This document shows positions 40,453 to 52,611 of a DNA stretch of 64,000 bases, in pieces; the stretch's first letter is position 1, and each line of letters opens with the position of its first letter. The stretch spans positions 7,846-71,845 of the forward strand of contig JBJONB010000002.1 in the NCBI GenBank assembly GCA_046052045.1. The letters are read 5' to 3'. The position numbers and the translations under genes were made by a program. The notes under the pieces are model-generated. The model had not been told where the DNA came from. It made no database searches and saw only the letters and a list, made by a program, of their open reading frames with translations. Origin of the DNA: Actinomycetota bacterium. GTDB lineage: Bacteria > Actinomycetota > Actinomycetes > Nanopelagicales > Nanopelagicaceae.

Positions 40453-42387
40453 ATGGCTGAGCCATCCAGTTATCGCCCCAAGGAGATTCCTGAAGAGCCG
40501 GGTGTCTACCGTTTCTATAACGGCAGCGACAAAGTTATCTATGTCGGTAAGGCAAAGAACTTAAAGAATCGATTGACCACCTACTTCGGGTCAAATCTTG
40601 CACAGAAGACTTACCGCATGGTTCATGAAGCAGTACGCGTTGACTGGACAATTGTCGGCACCGAACTTGAGGCACTCGCTCTCGAATTCTCTTGGATCAA
40701 GCAGTATCACCCAACCTATAACGTTCAATTTAAAGACGATAAGTCATATCCCTATCTAGCCATTTCAATGGCCGATGAATTTCCCCGTATCTTTATTACA
40801 CGCAAAGAGAAGCGCCCTGGTCTTAAATACTTTGGCCCATATACAAATGCGTGGGCGCTTCGAAATACCTATGAAGTGCTTCTCAAAGTCTTTCCCGTTC
40901 GTTCTTGCAGCGCAGGAAACTTTCAGCGAGCACAACGCACAAAACGCCAGTGTCTCTTGGGGGATATCGGAAAGTGTGCAGCTCCTTGCGTTGGCTGGGT
41001 GACTCCAGAAGAACATAAAGAGATTGCCGTAAAGCTCGATGCATTTATGGAGAAGGGCATGGAGAACCTTCTTCCAACCCTGCGCGCCGAAATGGCGACA
41101 GCATCTGAAAAGGAAGAGTTTGAACGCGCAGCTCGTCTACGCGATCAGATTGAATCATTCGAAAAGGCGCAACGCTCCACACAAGGGAACCTGTCTGATG
41201 ATCTTGACGGCGATTTCATCTCCTTGCACGAAGAAGGCCTTCATGCCGCTGGCTCAATCTTCATCGTTCGTCGCGGCTCGATTAAGGGATCGCGTTCATG
41301 GATTGTCGATCAAGAACGCGCTCTTGAAGGCGATGACCAAATCGGTTCACTCTTCTTCTCCATTTACAGTCAGAGCGCACCCACAGATATTCCTTCAGAA
41401 ATTTATCTCAACGCCGAACCTGCTGATCGAATAGCGCTAGAAGAGTGGTTGACCTCGCTTCGCGGCGCCCGAGTTTCTATCAAAGTTCCACAACGAGGAG
41501 AGAAGGTTGAACTTCTCCAAACAGTCGAACGCAATGCTCATTACGCACTCGTTCAATACTTGAGCAAGCGAGCGACAGATGCCGCTGTCTCTGGAAAGGC
41601 CCTCCTTGAATTAGAGGAAGAGCTCCAACTTGCTCGGACGCCACTTCGCATTGAGTGTTATGACATCTCAAACATTTCCGGTACTTCTGTCGTTGCATCC
41701 ATGGTGGTCTTCGAAGACGGTCTAGCGAAGAAGAGTGAATACCGTAGATTCATTATCGATACCGATACAGCCCAAGATGACACCCGCGCGATGCATCAAG
41801 TGATTACGCGCCGCATGAAACGACTACTTGCCGATCGAAACGTTAATCAAAGTGAGGTTGCTGAGACGGGTGGCAAGCTCAGCAAATTTGCATACCCACC
41901 ACAACTCATCGTTGTCGACGGTGGCGCTCCACAAGTTGCCTCTGCACAACGAGCACTGGATGAACTTGGAATTACCGATGTTGCCTTGTGTGGATTAGCT
42001 AAACGACTTGAAGAAGTCTGGATGCCAGGAGATAAGGATCCGCTCATTCTGCCGCGCACTTCAGAAGGTATGTATCTTCTCCAGCGTATTCGCGATGAAG
42101 CGCATAGATTTGCCATCACTTTCCACAGATCCCGTCGCTCAAAAGTTATGCTCGAATCTCTGCTCGACGAGATTCCTCAATTAGGAGAAACTAGGCGTGC
42201 AGCGCTCCTTGATAGGTTTGGTTCGGTAACGGCGATGCGAAAAGCGACAGCTGAAGAACTTGCATCAACACCGGGTATTGGAGCGACAATCGCCTCCATC
42301 ATCTATACCCACCTACAAAATTTGTCCCAATCTGGCAGTGAACTGGCGGGCGTTGATATGGCAACAGGGGAGATACTTGACACCTAA
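40453..42387 (+). CDS. uvrC: excinuclease ABC subunit C
   Basis: GIY-YIG motif PGVY...IYVGKA, Cys cluster, IECYDIS, RDEAHRFA and HhH tail. Confidence 0.97.
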   Translation: MAEPSSYRPKEIPEEPGVYRFYNGSDKVIYVGKAKNLKNRLTTYFGSNLAQKTYRMVHEAVRVDWTIVGTELEALALEFSWIKQYHPTYNVQFKDDKSYPYLAISMADEFPRIFITRKEKRPGLKYFGPYTNAWALRNTYEVLLKVFPVRSCSAGNFQRAQRTKRQCLLGDIGKCAAPCVGWVTPEEHKEIAVKLDAFMEKGMENLLPTLRAEMATASEKEEFERAARLRDQIESFEKAQRSTQGNLSDDLDGDFISLHEEGLHAAGSIFIVRRGSIKGSRSWIVDQERALEGDDQIGSLFFSIYSQSAPTDIPSEIYLNAEPADRIALEEWLTSLRGARVSIKVPQRGEKVELLQTVERNAHYALVQYLSKRATDAAVSGKALLELEEELQLARTPLRIECYDISNISGTSVVASMVVFEDGLAKKSEYRRFIIDTDTAQDDTRAMHQVITRRMKRLLADRNVNQSEVAETGGKLSKFAYPPQLIVVDGGAPQVASAQRALDELGITDVALCGLAKRLEEVWMPGDKDPLILPRTSEGMYLLQRIRDEAHRFAITFHRSRRSKVMLESLLDEIPQLGETRRAALLDRFGSVTAMRKATAEELASTPGIGATIASIIYTHLQNLSQSGSELAGVDMATGEILDT

Positions 42388-42402
42388 GGCAGAATGTTAG
42401 GT

Positions 42403-43269
42403 ATGGCGACTCAAGAACTTCTGATTCTTACAGGCATGTCAGGTGCCGGGCGATCAACAGTGGCCCACGCACTCGAAGATCTCGGTTGGTATGTCGTCGA
42501 TAACTTGCCTCCAGCGCTTTTGCCGCAACTAGCCGAACAGAGCCTCGATACCCATGCTGCTCTTGCAGTTGTCGTTGATGTTCGCGGCGGAAAATTCTTC
42601 GACGAACTCAATAACGCGCTATCCCAGCTTAAGAGTTCAGCGACTCCATACCGCCTTCTCTTTCTCGATGCATCAGATCAAGCGCTCGTACAGCGCTTTG
42701 AATCAACGCGTCGACCACATCCGCTACAGGCAAAAGATCGCATCGTTGACGGAATTGCACGCGAACGTGCCAAGCTTGAAGAAATCCGCGCACAAGCCGA
42801 TGTTGTGATTGACTCTTCAAACCTCAACGTCCATCAACTAGAAAAGCGCACCTCCGAAATCTTTGCAGCAGGAATGCTTCCAACTCTTCGCGTCAACGTT
42901 CTCTCATTCGGATACAAATATGGAATTCCCGTTGATTCAGATCTCGTTCTGGATTGTCGATTCATTCCCAATCCACATTGGATCCCTGAACTTCGTCCAT
43001 TAAATGGTTTAGATAAACCCGTCTCGGACAAAGTCCTCAGCAGCGATGGAGTCGAAGATTTCGTAAAGAGTTACGTGAGCGTCGTCCAGAAGATGATTCC
43101 TGGATATTTCCGAGAAGGAAAGAAGTACGTAACGATTGCTATTGGTTGCACAGGTGGCAAGCATCGTTCTGTAGCAATCGCCGAAGAAATAGCTCGACAG
43201 CTGACGACATCATCTAAGGATCTTGAAATTACTGCACATGCAACACACCGCGATGTAGGACGGGAATGA
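42403..43269 (+). CDS. rapZ: RNase adapter RapZ / P-loop NTPase (YvcJ family)
   Basis: TGMSGAGRS, VDNLP, SFGYKYG and GCTGGKHRS motifs; start placed at MATQ (42403). Confidence 0.93.
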   Translation: MATQELLILTGMSGAGRSTVAHALEDLGWYVVDNLPPALLPQLAEQSLDTHAALAVVVDVRGGKFFDELNNALSQLKSSATPYRLLFLDASDQALVQRFESTRRPHPLQAKDRIVDGIARERAKLEEIRAQADVVIDSSNLNVHQLEKRTSEIFAAGMLPTLRVNVLSFGYKYGIPVDSDLVLDCRFIPNPHWIPELRPLNGLDKPVSDKVLSSDGVEDFVKSYVSVVQKMIPGYFREGKKYVTIAIGCTGGKHRSVAIAEEIARQLTTSSKDLEITAHATHRDVGRE

Positions 43270-44213
43270 GTTCAGATAAAAAGGTCGTAGCGCTCGGTGG
43301 GGGACATGGCTTAGCCGCAACTCTCACCGCGCTCCGTAGTTTTACTTCAAGCATCACTGCAGTAGTTACCGTTGCAGATAATGGTGGATCGAGCGGTCGT
43401 CTTCGTACTGAGTTTCCAATTCTTCCTCCAGGTGATTTACGAATGGCACTGGCTGCGCTCTGTAGCGATGATGATTGGGGTCGAAGTTGGGCTGAAATCA
43501 TGCAATATCGCTTTACCAGTGAAGGCGAGCTCAATGGTCATGCTGTCGGCAATCTCTTACTCGCAGCGCTATGGGATCGCGATGAAGATACCGTCGCTGG
43601 CCTAGATCGCGTGGGCGCACTTCTTAAAGTGATTGGACGCGTGCTACCTATGGCATCGGCACCTTTAGATATTGAAGCGACTTTTGAGAATTCAATTGGT
43701 ACAAAGATTGTTCGGGGACAAGCTGAAGTCGCGACAACCAAGGGCAGACTTAAATCAATCCGCATCATCCCTGAAAATCCATCTGCATACCCAGAAGCGC
43801 TCACCGCAATCGCTGATGCTGATTGGATAACGATGGGACCTGGTTCTTGGTTCTCGAGTGTCATTCCGCATCTTCTGGTGCCCGCACAACGTGATGCCAT
43901 CGTTGCATCTCATGCAAAGAAGATTCTGCTGCTTAATCTCGATACTGCTGATAAGTCAGCAGGGGAGTACGCAGGTTATTCACCACTCGAACACCTTCGT
44001 ATTTTGTCTGAATATGCCCCAGAACTTCACTTTGATTGCGTAGCTATCGACAGCTCGGCCGATGGGCAGGATGAATTGCGTGCGCATCTTTCAACCATAG
44101 GTTCAGAGTTGGTGGTCGCCGATTTACGCAGTGCAGGGTCGCCTCTGCACCATGATGTGAAAAAATTAGGTCAACTTTTCTCACACATTGACTCCGAAAT
44201 ACTGGTTGGATAA
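43266..44213 (+). CDS. yvcK: YvcK/GlmR/CuvA-family UDP-sugar-binding protein
   Basis: [28 protein letters not shown] and GPGSWFSS motifs. Confidence 0.9.
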   Translation: MSSDKKVVALGGGHGLAATLTALRSFTSSITAVVTVADNGGSSGRLRTEFPILPPGDLRMALAALCSDDDWGRSWAEIMQYRFTSEGELNGHAVGNLLLAALWDRDEDTVAGLDRVGALLKVIGRVLPMASAPLDIEATFENSIGTKIVRGQAEVATTKGRLKSIRIIPENPSAYPEALTAIADADWITMGPGSWFSSVIPHLLVPAQRDAIVASHAKKILLLNLDTADKSAGEYAGYSPLEHLRILSEYAPELHFDCVAIDSSADGQDELRAHLSTIGSELVVADLRSAGSPLHHDVKKLGQLFSHIDSEILVG

Positions 44214-44218
44214 CCCCC

Positions 44219-45199
44219 ATGGCAATGACAGCAGCGGTTAAAGACGAGCTCAGTCGTCTCTCTGTTACCAAGCCTTGTTGTCGCAAAGCCGAAGTTTCTT
44301 CGCTCTTACGTTTTGCTGGTGGGCTACATATCGCCGCAGGAAAAGTCGTTATTGAGGTCGAGCTTGATACCTCACAGAGCGCTCGTCGCCTTAAGAAAGA
44401 TATTGCCGATATTTACGGACACGACAGTGATTTAGCGGTGCTCTCATCAAGCGGACTACGTAAAGGATCGCGATATGTAGTTCGAGTCATTGAGGCAGGA
44501 GATGCTCTTGCTCGCCAGACTGGCCTGATTGATGCAAATGGTCGCCCGGTTCGCGGACTTCCACCACAAGTTGTTGCTGCAAATGTCTGCGATGCTGAAG
44601 CAGCTTGGCGTGGTGCATTTATCGCACATGGTTCTCTGACCGAACCAGGTCGCTCTTCATCTCTTGAAATTACCTGCCCAGGACCAGAAGCAGCTCTCGC
44701 TCTTGTTGGCGCAGCGCGTCGACTCAATATCGTTGCAAAAGCGCGTGAAGTTCGAGGCGTAGATCGAGTTGTTATCCGCGATGGAGATGCGATTGGCGTT
44801 CTACTCACTCGTCTCGGCGCACATGAAAGTGTCCTTGCTTGGGAAGAACGTCGCATGCGTCGTGAAGTGCGCGCAACAGCAAATCGCCTCGCCAATTTTG
44901 ATGATGCAAACTTGCGCCGTTCTGCACGTGCTGCAGTTGCAGCTGCAGCTCGAGTGCAACGCGCGATGGAAATCCTCGGTCCAGAGATTCCAGATCACTT
45001 GAAAGAAGCTGGCGAACTTCGAATTTCTCACGGACAAGCAAGCCTTGAAGAGCTCGGTTCACTTGCGACCCCGCCAATGACTAAGGATGCAATCGCAGGT
45101 CGCATCCGCCGGCTCCTAGCTATGGCAGATAAGCGCGCACAAGAGCTCGGTATTCCTGACACTGAAGCGGGACTTTCTCCAGATCTGCTCGGCGAGTAA
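44219..45199 (+). CDS. whiA: DNA-binding protein WhiA
   Basis: [38 protein letters not shown] and HTH SLEELG...[11 protein letters not shown]. Confidence 0.96.
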   Translation: MAMTAAVKDELSRLSVTKPCCRKAEVSSLLRFAGGLHIAAGKVVIEVELDTSQSARRLKKDIADIYGHDSDLAVLSSSGLRKGSRYVVRVIEAGDALARQTGLIDANGRPVRGLPPQVVAANVCDAEAAWRGAFIAHGSLTEPGRSSSLEITCPGPEAALALVGAARRLNIVAKAREVRGVDRVVIRDGDAIGVLLTRLGAHESVLAWEERRMRREVRATANRLANFDDANLRRSARAAVAAAARVQRAMEILGPEIPDHLKEAGELRISHGQASLEELGSLATPPMTKDAIAGRIRRLLAMADKRAQELGIPDTEAGLSPDLLGE

Positions 45200-45267
45200 T
45201 ACTCAACTCGCATCGAAAGTGAGCCTTCGCACGCTCACTGACCGGCCGGTAGCAATCCACAGGCTGA

Positions 45268-46353
<1,086 letters not shown>

Positions 46354-46354
<1 letters not shown>

Positions 46355-47541
46355 TGTCTTCTTTGGCTGACCTAGATGTAGCTGGTAAGCGCGTATTTTT
46401 GCGTTGCGATCTCAATGTTCCTTTGAAAGAAGGAAAGATCACTGACGATGGCCGTATCCGCGCTTCACTTCCGACGATCAATGCCCTCCTTAAAAAAGGC
46501 GCAAGCATTGTTATTGCAGCTCATCTAGGTCGACCAAAAGGCGAAGCAAAACCTGAACTTTCACTTGCACCTGTTGCAGTTCGTCTCTCTGAACTACTTG
46601 GAAAGCCTGTGCAATTTGCAGGTGCAATCACTGGTGAAGATGTCACAGCAAAAGCTGAGGCACTTGCCGCGGGTGAAGTTCTCCTTCTAGAAAATATCCG
46701 TTTCAGCGCAGCCGAGACATCTAAGGATGAATCAGAGCGCGCTGCACTCGCTGCAGAGCTTGCAAAACTTGCTGACTTCTATGTTGGCGATGGTTTCGGC
46801 GCTGTGCACCGTAAGCACGCCTCTGTATTTGATTTAGCGAAGCTTCTCCCACATGCAGCAGGAACTTTGGTTGCAGCTGAAGTTGAAGTGCTCAAGAAGC
46901 TCACCATCAATCCAGTTCGCCCATATGGGGTAGTTCTTGGTGGCTCTAAGGTTTCAGACAAGATTGGCGTCATCTCAAACCTTCTTGGAAAAGTTGATGT
47001 CATGGCTATCGGTGGCGGAATGCTCTTTACCTTCCTTGCAGCGCAAGGCAAAGAGATTGGTTCCTCACTCGTAGAACGCGACCTCATCGATACCGTCAAG
47101 GGTCTGATCAAGCAGGCTGAAGATTCCGGAGTGAAGCTCTTGCTTCCAACGGATATTGTCGTTGCTCCAACATTTTCTGCAGATGCGACACCAACTTTGG
47201 TAAGGGCTGATGCAATCCCTGCAGATCAGATGGGTCTTGATATTGGACCTGAAACGGCAGCGGCATTTGCTGCAGCAATCAAGACATGTAAGACAGTCTT
47301 CTGGAACGGTCCTATGGGCGTCTTTGAATTTCCAAACTTTGCACATGGAACAAAGGTTGTTGCCCAGGCACTGACTGAAGTTCCTGGAATCTCCGTAGTC
47401 GGCGGTGGCGACTCAGCAGCAGCTGTTCGCGCACTTGGCTTTGCAGATTCTGCATTCGGTTACATTTCAACTGGCGGGGGAGCATCACTTGAATACCTCG
47501 AAGGTAAAGAACTTCCAGGTCTGACAGCGCTAGATCTCTAA
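46354..47541 (+). CDS. pgk: phosphoglycerate kinase
   Basis: [26 protein letters not shown] and STGGGASLE motifs. Confidence 0.98.
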
Positions 47542-47578
47542 TCTTTAATTTTCACGTAACAACGACGAAGGAGTAACA

Positions 47579-48352
47579 ATGCGTAAACCACTCATGGCTG
47601 GTAACTGGAAGATGAACCTCAATCACCTCGAGGCGATTGCAGTTGCACAGAAGCTTGTCTACTCACTTGAAGATAAGGATTACGACGCAGTAGACGTTGC
47701 AATCATTCCTCCGTTTACAGATATTCGTTCTATCCAAACTATGGTCGATGGTGATCGCCTCCGTCTTCAGTATGGTGCACAAGATCTTTCGCCGGAAAGC
47801 TCAGGCGCATTTACTGGCGATATCTCTGGCTCAATGCTTGCAAAGCTTGGCTGCACATTCGTTGTTATTGGTCACTCAGAGCGCCGCGCAATCCATCATG
47901 AAGATGATGCACTCATCAATCGCAAGATTAAGGCTGCCCTTGCAAACGAACTCACACCTATTTTCTGCGTTGGCGAAGAACTAGCAATCCGCGAATCAGG
48001 AACACATGTGTCACATGTAATCCGTCAGGTTCGTGCAGGCCTTGAAGGCTTCCATAAACCAGACCTCAAGAAGATTGTTATTGCTTACGAACCTGTCTGG
48101 GCTATCGGCACAGGCAAGACAGCTACGCCTGAAGATGCACAAGAAGTATGTGCAGCTATCCGCGAAGAAGTAGAGCAGATCGGTTCATCCGAGATCGCAT
48201 CAAATATGCGCATCCTCTACGGTGGTTCTGTGAAGTCTGCAAATATCGTCGAAATCATGAAGCAGGCCGATGTCGACGGCGCCCTCATTGGGGGAGCAAG
48301 CCTTGACCCTGAAGAGCTGGCGAAGATCGTTAAGTTCCACGCTCAGGCGTAG
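47579..48352 (+). CDS. tpiA: triosephosphate isomerase
   Basis: [24 protein letters not shown] and YGGSV motifs. Confidence 0.98.
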   Translation: MRKPLMAGNWKMNLNHLEAIAVAQKLVYSLEDKDYDAVDVAIIPPFTDIRSIQTMVDGDRLRLQYGAQDLSPESSGAFTGDISGSMLAKLGCTFVVIGHSERRAIHHEDDALINRKIKAALANELTPIFCVGEELAIRESGTHVSHVIRQVRAGLEGFHKPDLKKIVIAYEPVWAIGTGKTATPEDAQEVCAAIREEVEQIGSSEIASNMRILYGGSVKSANIVEIMKQADVDGALIGGASLDPEELAKIVKFHAQA

Positions 48353-48434
48353 TTCGTATCTAATTCCTATTTAATTTAAGGCTTTCCAGTTCATTCGGGT
48401 ATCCTGTACCCCTACCTCTAGAGGAGTTTTACGC

Positions 48435-48665
48435 ATGGCTTTAGCTCTATCAATCTTTCTTGTCATCACAAGCGTCTTGATGATTCTTCTCGTCTTGCTT
48501 CACAAGGGCAAAGGTTCAGGCCTCTCCGATCTATTCGGTGGCGGCGTCTCATCAAACTACGGTGGATCATCTGTGGTCGAGCGAAACCTTGATCGAATCA
48601 CAATCGTCGTAGGCGGACTCTGGTTCGCTGGCGTTGTTAGCCTCTCACTTGTTTTGAAGGGTTAA
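48435..48665 (+). CDS. secG: preprotein translocase subunit SecG
   Basis: Two TMs; LLHKGKGSGLSDLFGGG and ERNLDRIT motifs; SD GAGGAG. Confidence 0.93.
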   Translation: MALALSIFLVITSVLMILLVLLHKGKGSGLSDLFGGGVSSNYGGSSVVERNLDRITIVVGGLWFAGVVSLSLVLKG

Positions 48666-48668
48666 TCC

Positions 48669-49010
48669 ATGGCAAGTGCAATTCGCGGAAGTCGTGTCGG
48701 CGCCGGCCCAATGGGCGAAGCTGAGCGCGGAGATCAGATTGAGCGCGCAACAGTTTCGTACTGGTGTGCCAATGGCCATGAAGTTCGTCCATCATTCGCA
48801 GTTGAAGAAACTGTAGTTATTCCCGATCAGTGGGATTGCCCTAAGTGCGGTCTTCCTGCAGGTCGCGATAAGAACAATCCACCAAGCGCTGTAGTCAATA
48901 TTCCATATAAGACTCACCTTGCTTATGTAAAAGAGCGTCGTTCAGATAAAGAAGGCGAGAAGATTCTAGAAGATGCTCTTCGCAAACTTCGTGGAGACGA
49001 TATCGAGTAA
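48669..49010 (+). CDS. RbpA-family RNA polymerase-binding protein (secG-linked type)
   Basis: IRGSRVG N-terminus, C-x3-H...WDCPKC Zn site and KTHLAYVKERRS helix. Confidence 0.85.
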   Translation: MASAIRGSRVGAGPMGEAERGDQIERATVSYWCANGHEVRPSFAVEETVVIPDQWDCPKCGLPAGRDKNNPPSAVVNIPYKTHLAYVKERRSDKEGEKILEDALRKLRGDDIE

Positions 49011-49017
49011 TCGATCT

Positions 49018-50553
49018 CTATAGAGATCGGGCAGCTGCCAAGATTTCATCAATACCCGCACTTCGTTTCTGCAGATGCAGACGAAGGAGCGGGTATTTTC
49101 TTGTAGCTAGCGCGCGGTTATCTCCGATTGCCTGAGCAAAGAGAAGAGTGCGAAGACTGTAGCTACGACCTGGAATCTCGTAATCAATGGAAGTCTCACC
49201 AGTGATCTGAAGGAATGAGCCATTCTTCTGGCCGCCCTTATGGAATTGACCTGTCGAGTGCATGAAACGTGGACCCCAACCAAATGAAGTTGGATGTCCA
49301 GATTTCTCGGCAAGTATTGAACGAAGCTCTGCAATCTTTACATCATCGCGACGATCTAGATAGGCCATGATTGCGATGTACCCACCATCTTTTACATCTT
49401 CAATAAATGTGGCAAGTGCATCTTTGAGAGATTGTCCATCTCCAAAGATTTCAACTGACTTCTCAGCACATGCAGGAGTGAGAACTGGTACAGAGTTATT
49501 CCATTCAGTTAAACAAGCCGCGGTCTGTTCTTTTGCTTCAGTAACATTTGGTTGATTGAAGGGATCAATCTTGAGCGCTGCTCCAATAAGAGCAGTGACC
49601 CACTCCCAAAAAATAAAGTGAGCGCCAAGGGGACCCTCAACAGTGAGATCCGTAGAAGTTCCTGCATACGCAACGGTGAAAGATCCGCCAACTTTGGCAC
49701 GAGCGCCATCTTCAGTAGCAATAGGTAAGCGCCCAATCGAATCTTTACCGGTTGATTCAGCGATGAGCTGCTCGATCCAATCTGACAGCCCTGGAACCGC
49801 TGAACCTGCATCAGTGAAAGCAATGTATTGCTCTGCTTGGGTAACGAGCAGGTATGCAACATCAAGTATCACCTGATCATCTGTGAGAAAGGCACTTTTT
49901 TCTGCCCGAGCATCTGCGAGCAAGTCAGCAATGGGTGCTCCAACGAGAGCAGATGGAAGTAGGCCAAATGCGCTCAGTACGCTAAAACGTCCACCAACGT
50001 TGGGATCTGCATTGATCACCGAATATCCACCAGCGCGAACTTCGATATCAAGCGGAGAGCCAGGATCGGTGACAAAGAGCATGTGGTCGACAGGGCTAAG
50101 TCCAGCATTTTCAAATTGCGATTGAAAGAGTGCGCGCTGTGAAGAAGTTTCTATTGTTGACCCAGATTTCGAACTTACAACAACAACTGTTTTGGCTAAA
50201 TCGTTACCAATGGCGTGCTGCGCATAGTTGGGATCTGTTGAATCGAGGATGAAGATATCTTTCTTATTGGTAAGTGCAATTACTTCAGGTCCGAGAGATG
50301 AACCACCCATGCCACAGAGAACTACTCGTGCATATGAAGAGAACTTCGTCACTAGATCAGCAATCTGGGGGAGTAGCTCTTGCGATGCTTCAGGTAGATC
50401 TACCCAGTTAAGGCGAACTGCAGCTTCAGCAGCTGCCTTCGAACCCCACGTCTGCGAATCTTTCTTAGCAATTCGTGGGTGAGCTTCGCGAAGCTTGCGA
50501 TAGATATCGCTCTCGCGATCAACTGCAGAAAGCGATGGACCTGAAATCTTCAT
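49018..50553 (-). CDS. pgi: glucose-6-phosphate isomerase (actinobacterial SIS type)
   Basis: GMGGSSLG, SKSGSTIET, VGGRFSVLS, EQLIAESTGK and PFNQPNV motifs. Confidence 0.88.
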   Translation of the reverse strand: MKISGPSLSAVDRESDIYRKLREAHPRIAKKDSQTWGSKAAAEAAVRLNWVDLPEASQELLPQIADLVTKFSSYARVVLCGMGGSSLGPEVIALTNKKDIFILDSTDPNYAQHAIGNDLAKTVVVVSSKSGSTIETSSQRALFQSQFENAGLSPVDHMLFVTDPGSPLDIEVRAGGYSVINADPNVGGRFSVLSAFGLLPSALVGAPIADLLADARAEKSAFLTDDQVILDVAYLLVTQAEQYIAFTDAGSAVPGLSDWIEQLIAESTGKDSIGRLPIATEDGARAKVGGSFTVAYAGTSTDLTVEGPLGAHFIFWEWVTALIGAALKIDPFNQPNVTEAKEQTAACLTEWNNSVPVLTPACAEKSVEIFGDGQSLKDALATFIEDVKDGGYIAIMAYLDRRDDVKIAELRSILAEKSGHPTSFGWGPRFMHSTGQFHKGGQKNGSFLQITGETSIDYEIPGRSYSLRTLLFAQAIGDNRALATRKYPLLRLHLQKRSAGIDEILAAARSL

Positions 50554-52601
50554 TACGCAAGAGCCTTCTTTACATCTGCCACTACGCGCTCTGATGTAAG
50601 TCCGAACTCAGTAAAGAGCTTGCCAGCTGCAGCCGATGCACCCCAATGATCAAGTGAAACGATGATTCCTGAATCGCCCACATATTCACGCCATCCGAGT
50701 GCGATACCAGCTTCGATGCTGACTCGAAGAGTCGAAGTCGAAATAACTGATTCGCGATAAGAGGCAGGCTGTTCGTTAAACCATTCAAGACATGGAGCGC
50801 TCACTACTCGTGTTGCCACACCTTCTGCTTCAAGTGCGATCTGCGCATCGAGTGCAATGCCAACTTCAGAACCCGTCGCAATGATTGTCACCCTTGCAGC
50901 AGTTGATGACTCTTTGAGGATGTAAGCACCTTTTTCTACGCCGCTTGCCGCGCCATGCGTTGTGCGATCGACGGTACGAAGATTCTGACGTGAGAGCAGG
51001 AATCCAGCTGGCTTATTTCGCTTAATGACAGCTTTCCAAGCTTCAGCAACTTCATTGGCATCAGCCGGACGAAGCACAGCAAAGTTGGGGATAGCGCGAA
51101 GTGCAGCAAAGTGTTCGATTGGCTGGTGAGTTGGACCATCTTCTCCAACACCAATTGAATCGTGAGTCCATACAAATGTTGATGGAATATCCATGATTGC
51201 GGCAAGTCGCACAGATGGACGCATGTAATCGCTAAAGACGGCGAAAGTTCCACCGAATGAACGCGAGAGTCCATGAAGTGCAATTCCATTGAGAATCGAA
51301 CCCATTGCATGTTCGCGAATACCGAAGTGGATGATGCGACCGTATGGGTCTGCGTTCTTCATATCACTCGTTGCTGGCAAGAATGAATTGCCGCCTTCGA
51401 TAGTTGTCATATTCGAATCAGCAAGGTCTGCAGAACCTCCCCAGAACTCTGGGAGAGCCTTGGCAATTGCATTAATGACATGACCTGAAGCGGTACGAGT
51501 TGCCACATCTTTTCCAGATTCAAAAACTGGAAGTGCTGCTTCCCAACCTGCTGGAAGTTCGCGAGCGACAAGTCGCTTCAGAAGTGATGCACGTTCAGGA
51601 TTCGCACTCTGCCATTGAGCAAACTTTCCATCCCATTCCTTGCGAACCGCAGCACCGCGGTCCTTGACCGAACGAACATGGGCAAAGACATCTGCCGGCA
51701 TTGCGAACTTCTCGTCAGGGTTAAGACCCAACTCCTTCTTTGTTGCTGCAATCTCTTCATCGCCGAGGGCTGAGCCATGTGACTTTGCTGTTCCGCGAAG
51801 TTTTGGGGCTGGCCACGCAATAGTTGAGTGCATGCGAATAAGTGATGGCTTTGTCAGTTCAGCCTTAGCTGCCAGCATCGCCTTGTCGAGAGATTCAAGA
51901 TCAACGTTTCCATCAGCAAGTGCTGCAACTTCAATAACGTGCCAGCCATATGCACGGTAGCGAGCTGCAACATCTTCTGTAAATGAAACGTGAGTATCGC
52001 CTTCAATTGAAATTCTGTTGTCGTCATAAATAACGTTGAGATTTCCGAGCGCTTGTGTTCCAGCCAGAGATGATGCTTCTCCTGATACACCTTCTTGAAG
52101 GTCGCCATCAGAACAGATAACCCAGATTGAGTGATCGAAAATAGATGTGCCCACTGGTGCTTCAGGATCGAGCAAGCCACGTTCGTAACGTGCTGCCATT
52201 GCAAAACCAACTGATGTTGCAACGCCTGCACCCAATGGGCCAGTTGTCATTTCAACGCCTGCAGTGTGGCCAAACTCTGGGTGTCCTGGAGTGAGCGATC
52301 CCCACGTACGGAATGACTGAATATCTTCCATCTCGAGTCCGTAACCGCTGAAGAAGAGCTGTGTGTAGAGCGTCATTGAAGAGTGACCGCAAGACAAGAT
52401 GAAGCGATCGCGACCTAGCCATTGTGGGTCTGATGGATCGTGGATGAGATGACGTTGAAAGAGGTTATATGCAACTGGAGCAAGTGCCATCGCTGTTCCT
52501 GGGTGGCCGTTGCCAACCTTCTGAACCGCATCCATAGCAAGTGCGCGAGCATATGCAACTGCGCGATCGTCTAGTTCGGTCCAACCATTGATCTCTGTCA
52601 T
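50553..52601 (-). CDS. tkt: transketolase
   Basis: GNGHPG, TPGHPE, DGDLQEG, FGIREHAM and GEDGPTHQP motifs; start at 52601 after SD AAGGAG. Confidence 0.97.
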   Translation of the reverse strand: MTEINGWTELDDRAVAYARALAMDAVQKVGNGHPGTAMALAPVAYNLFQRHLIHDPSDPQWLGRDRFILSCGHSSMTLYTQLFFSGYGLEMEDIQSFRTWGSLTPGHPEFGHTAGVEMTTGPLGAGVATSVGFAMAARYERGLLDPEAPVGTSIFDHSIWVICSDGDLQEGVSGEASSLAGTQALGNLNVIYDDNRISIEGDTHVSFTEDVAARYRAYGWHVIEVAALADGNVDLESLDKAMLAAKAELTKPSLIRMHSTIAWPAPKLRGTAKSHGSALGDEEIAATKKELGLNPDEKFAMPADVFAHVRSVKDRGAAVRKEWDGKFAQWQSANPERASLLKRLVARELPAGWEAALPVFESGKDVATRTASGHVINAIAKALPEFWGGSADLADSNMTTIEGGNSFLPATSDMKNADPYGRIIHFGIREHAMGSILNGIALHGLSRSFGGTFAVFSDYMRPSVRLAAIMDIPSTFVWTHDSIGVGEDGPTHQPIEHFAALRAIPNFAVLRPADANEVAEAWKAVIKRNKPAGFLLSRQNLRTVDRTTHGAASGVEKGAYILKESSTAARVTIIATGSEVGIALDAQIALEAEGVATRVVSAPCLEWFNEQPASYRESVISTSTLRVSIEAGIALGWREYVGDSGIIVSLDHWGASAAAGKLFTEFGLTSERVVADVKKALA

Positions 52602-52611
52602 CTTCTTCTCC

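Noticed and set aside
35889-44895. Long antisense ORFs (35889-36398, 38107-38610, 44413-44895 and similar elsewhere)
   Set aside because: Fully antisense to well-conserved genes, low-information Ser/Arg-rich translations, no start signals
44219-45199. WhiA as a mobile homing endonuclease or sporulation marker
   Set aside because: It is a domesticated LAGLIDADG-derived protein, standard in the rapZ-yvcK-whiA cluster of non-sporulating monoderms
48397-48424. Short dyads GGGTA-N5-TACCC and CCTCTAGAGG upstream of secG
   Set aside because: Too short to distinguish from chance; the second cannot form a stable hairpin
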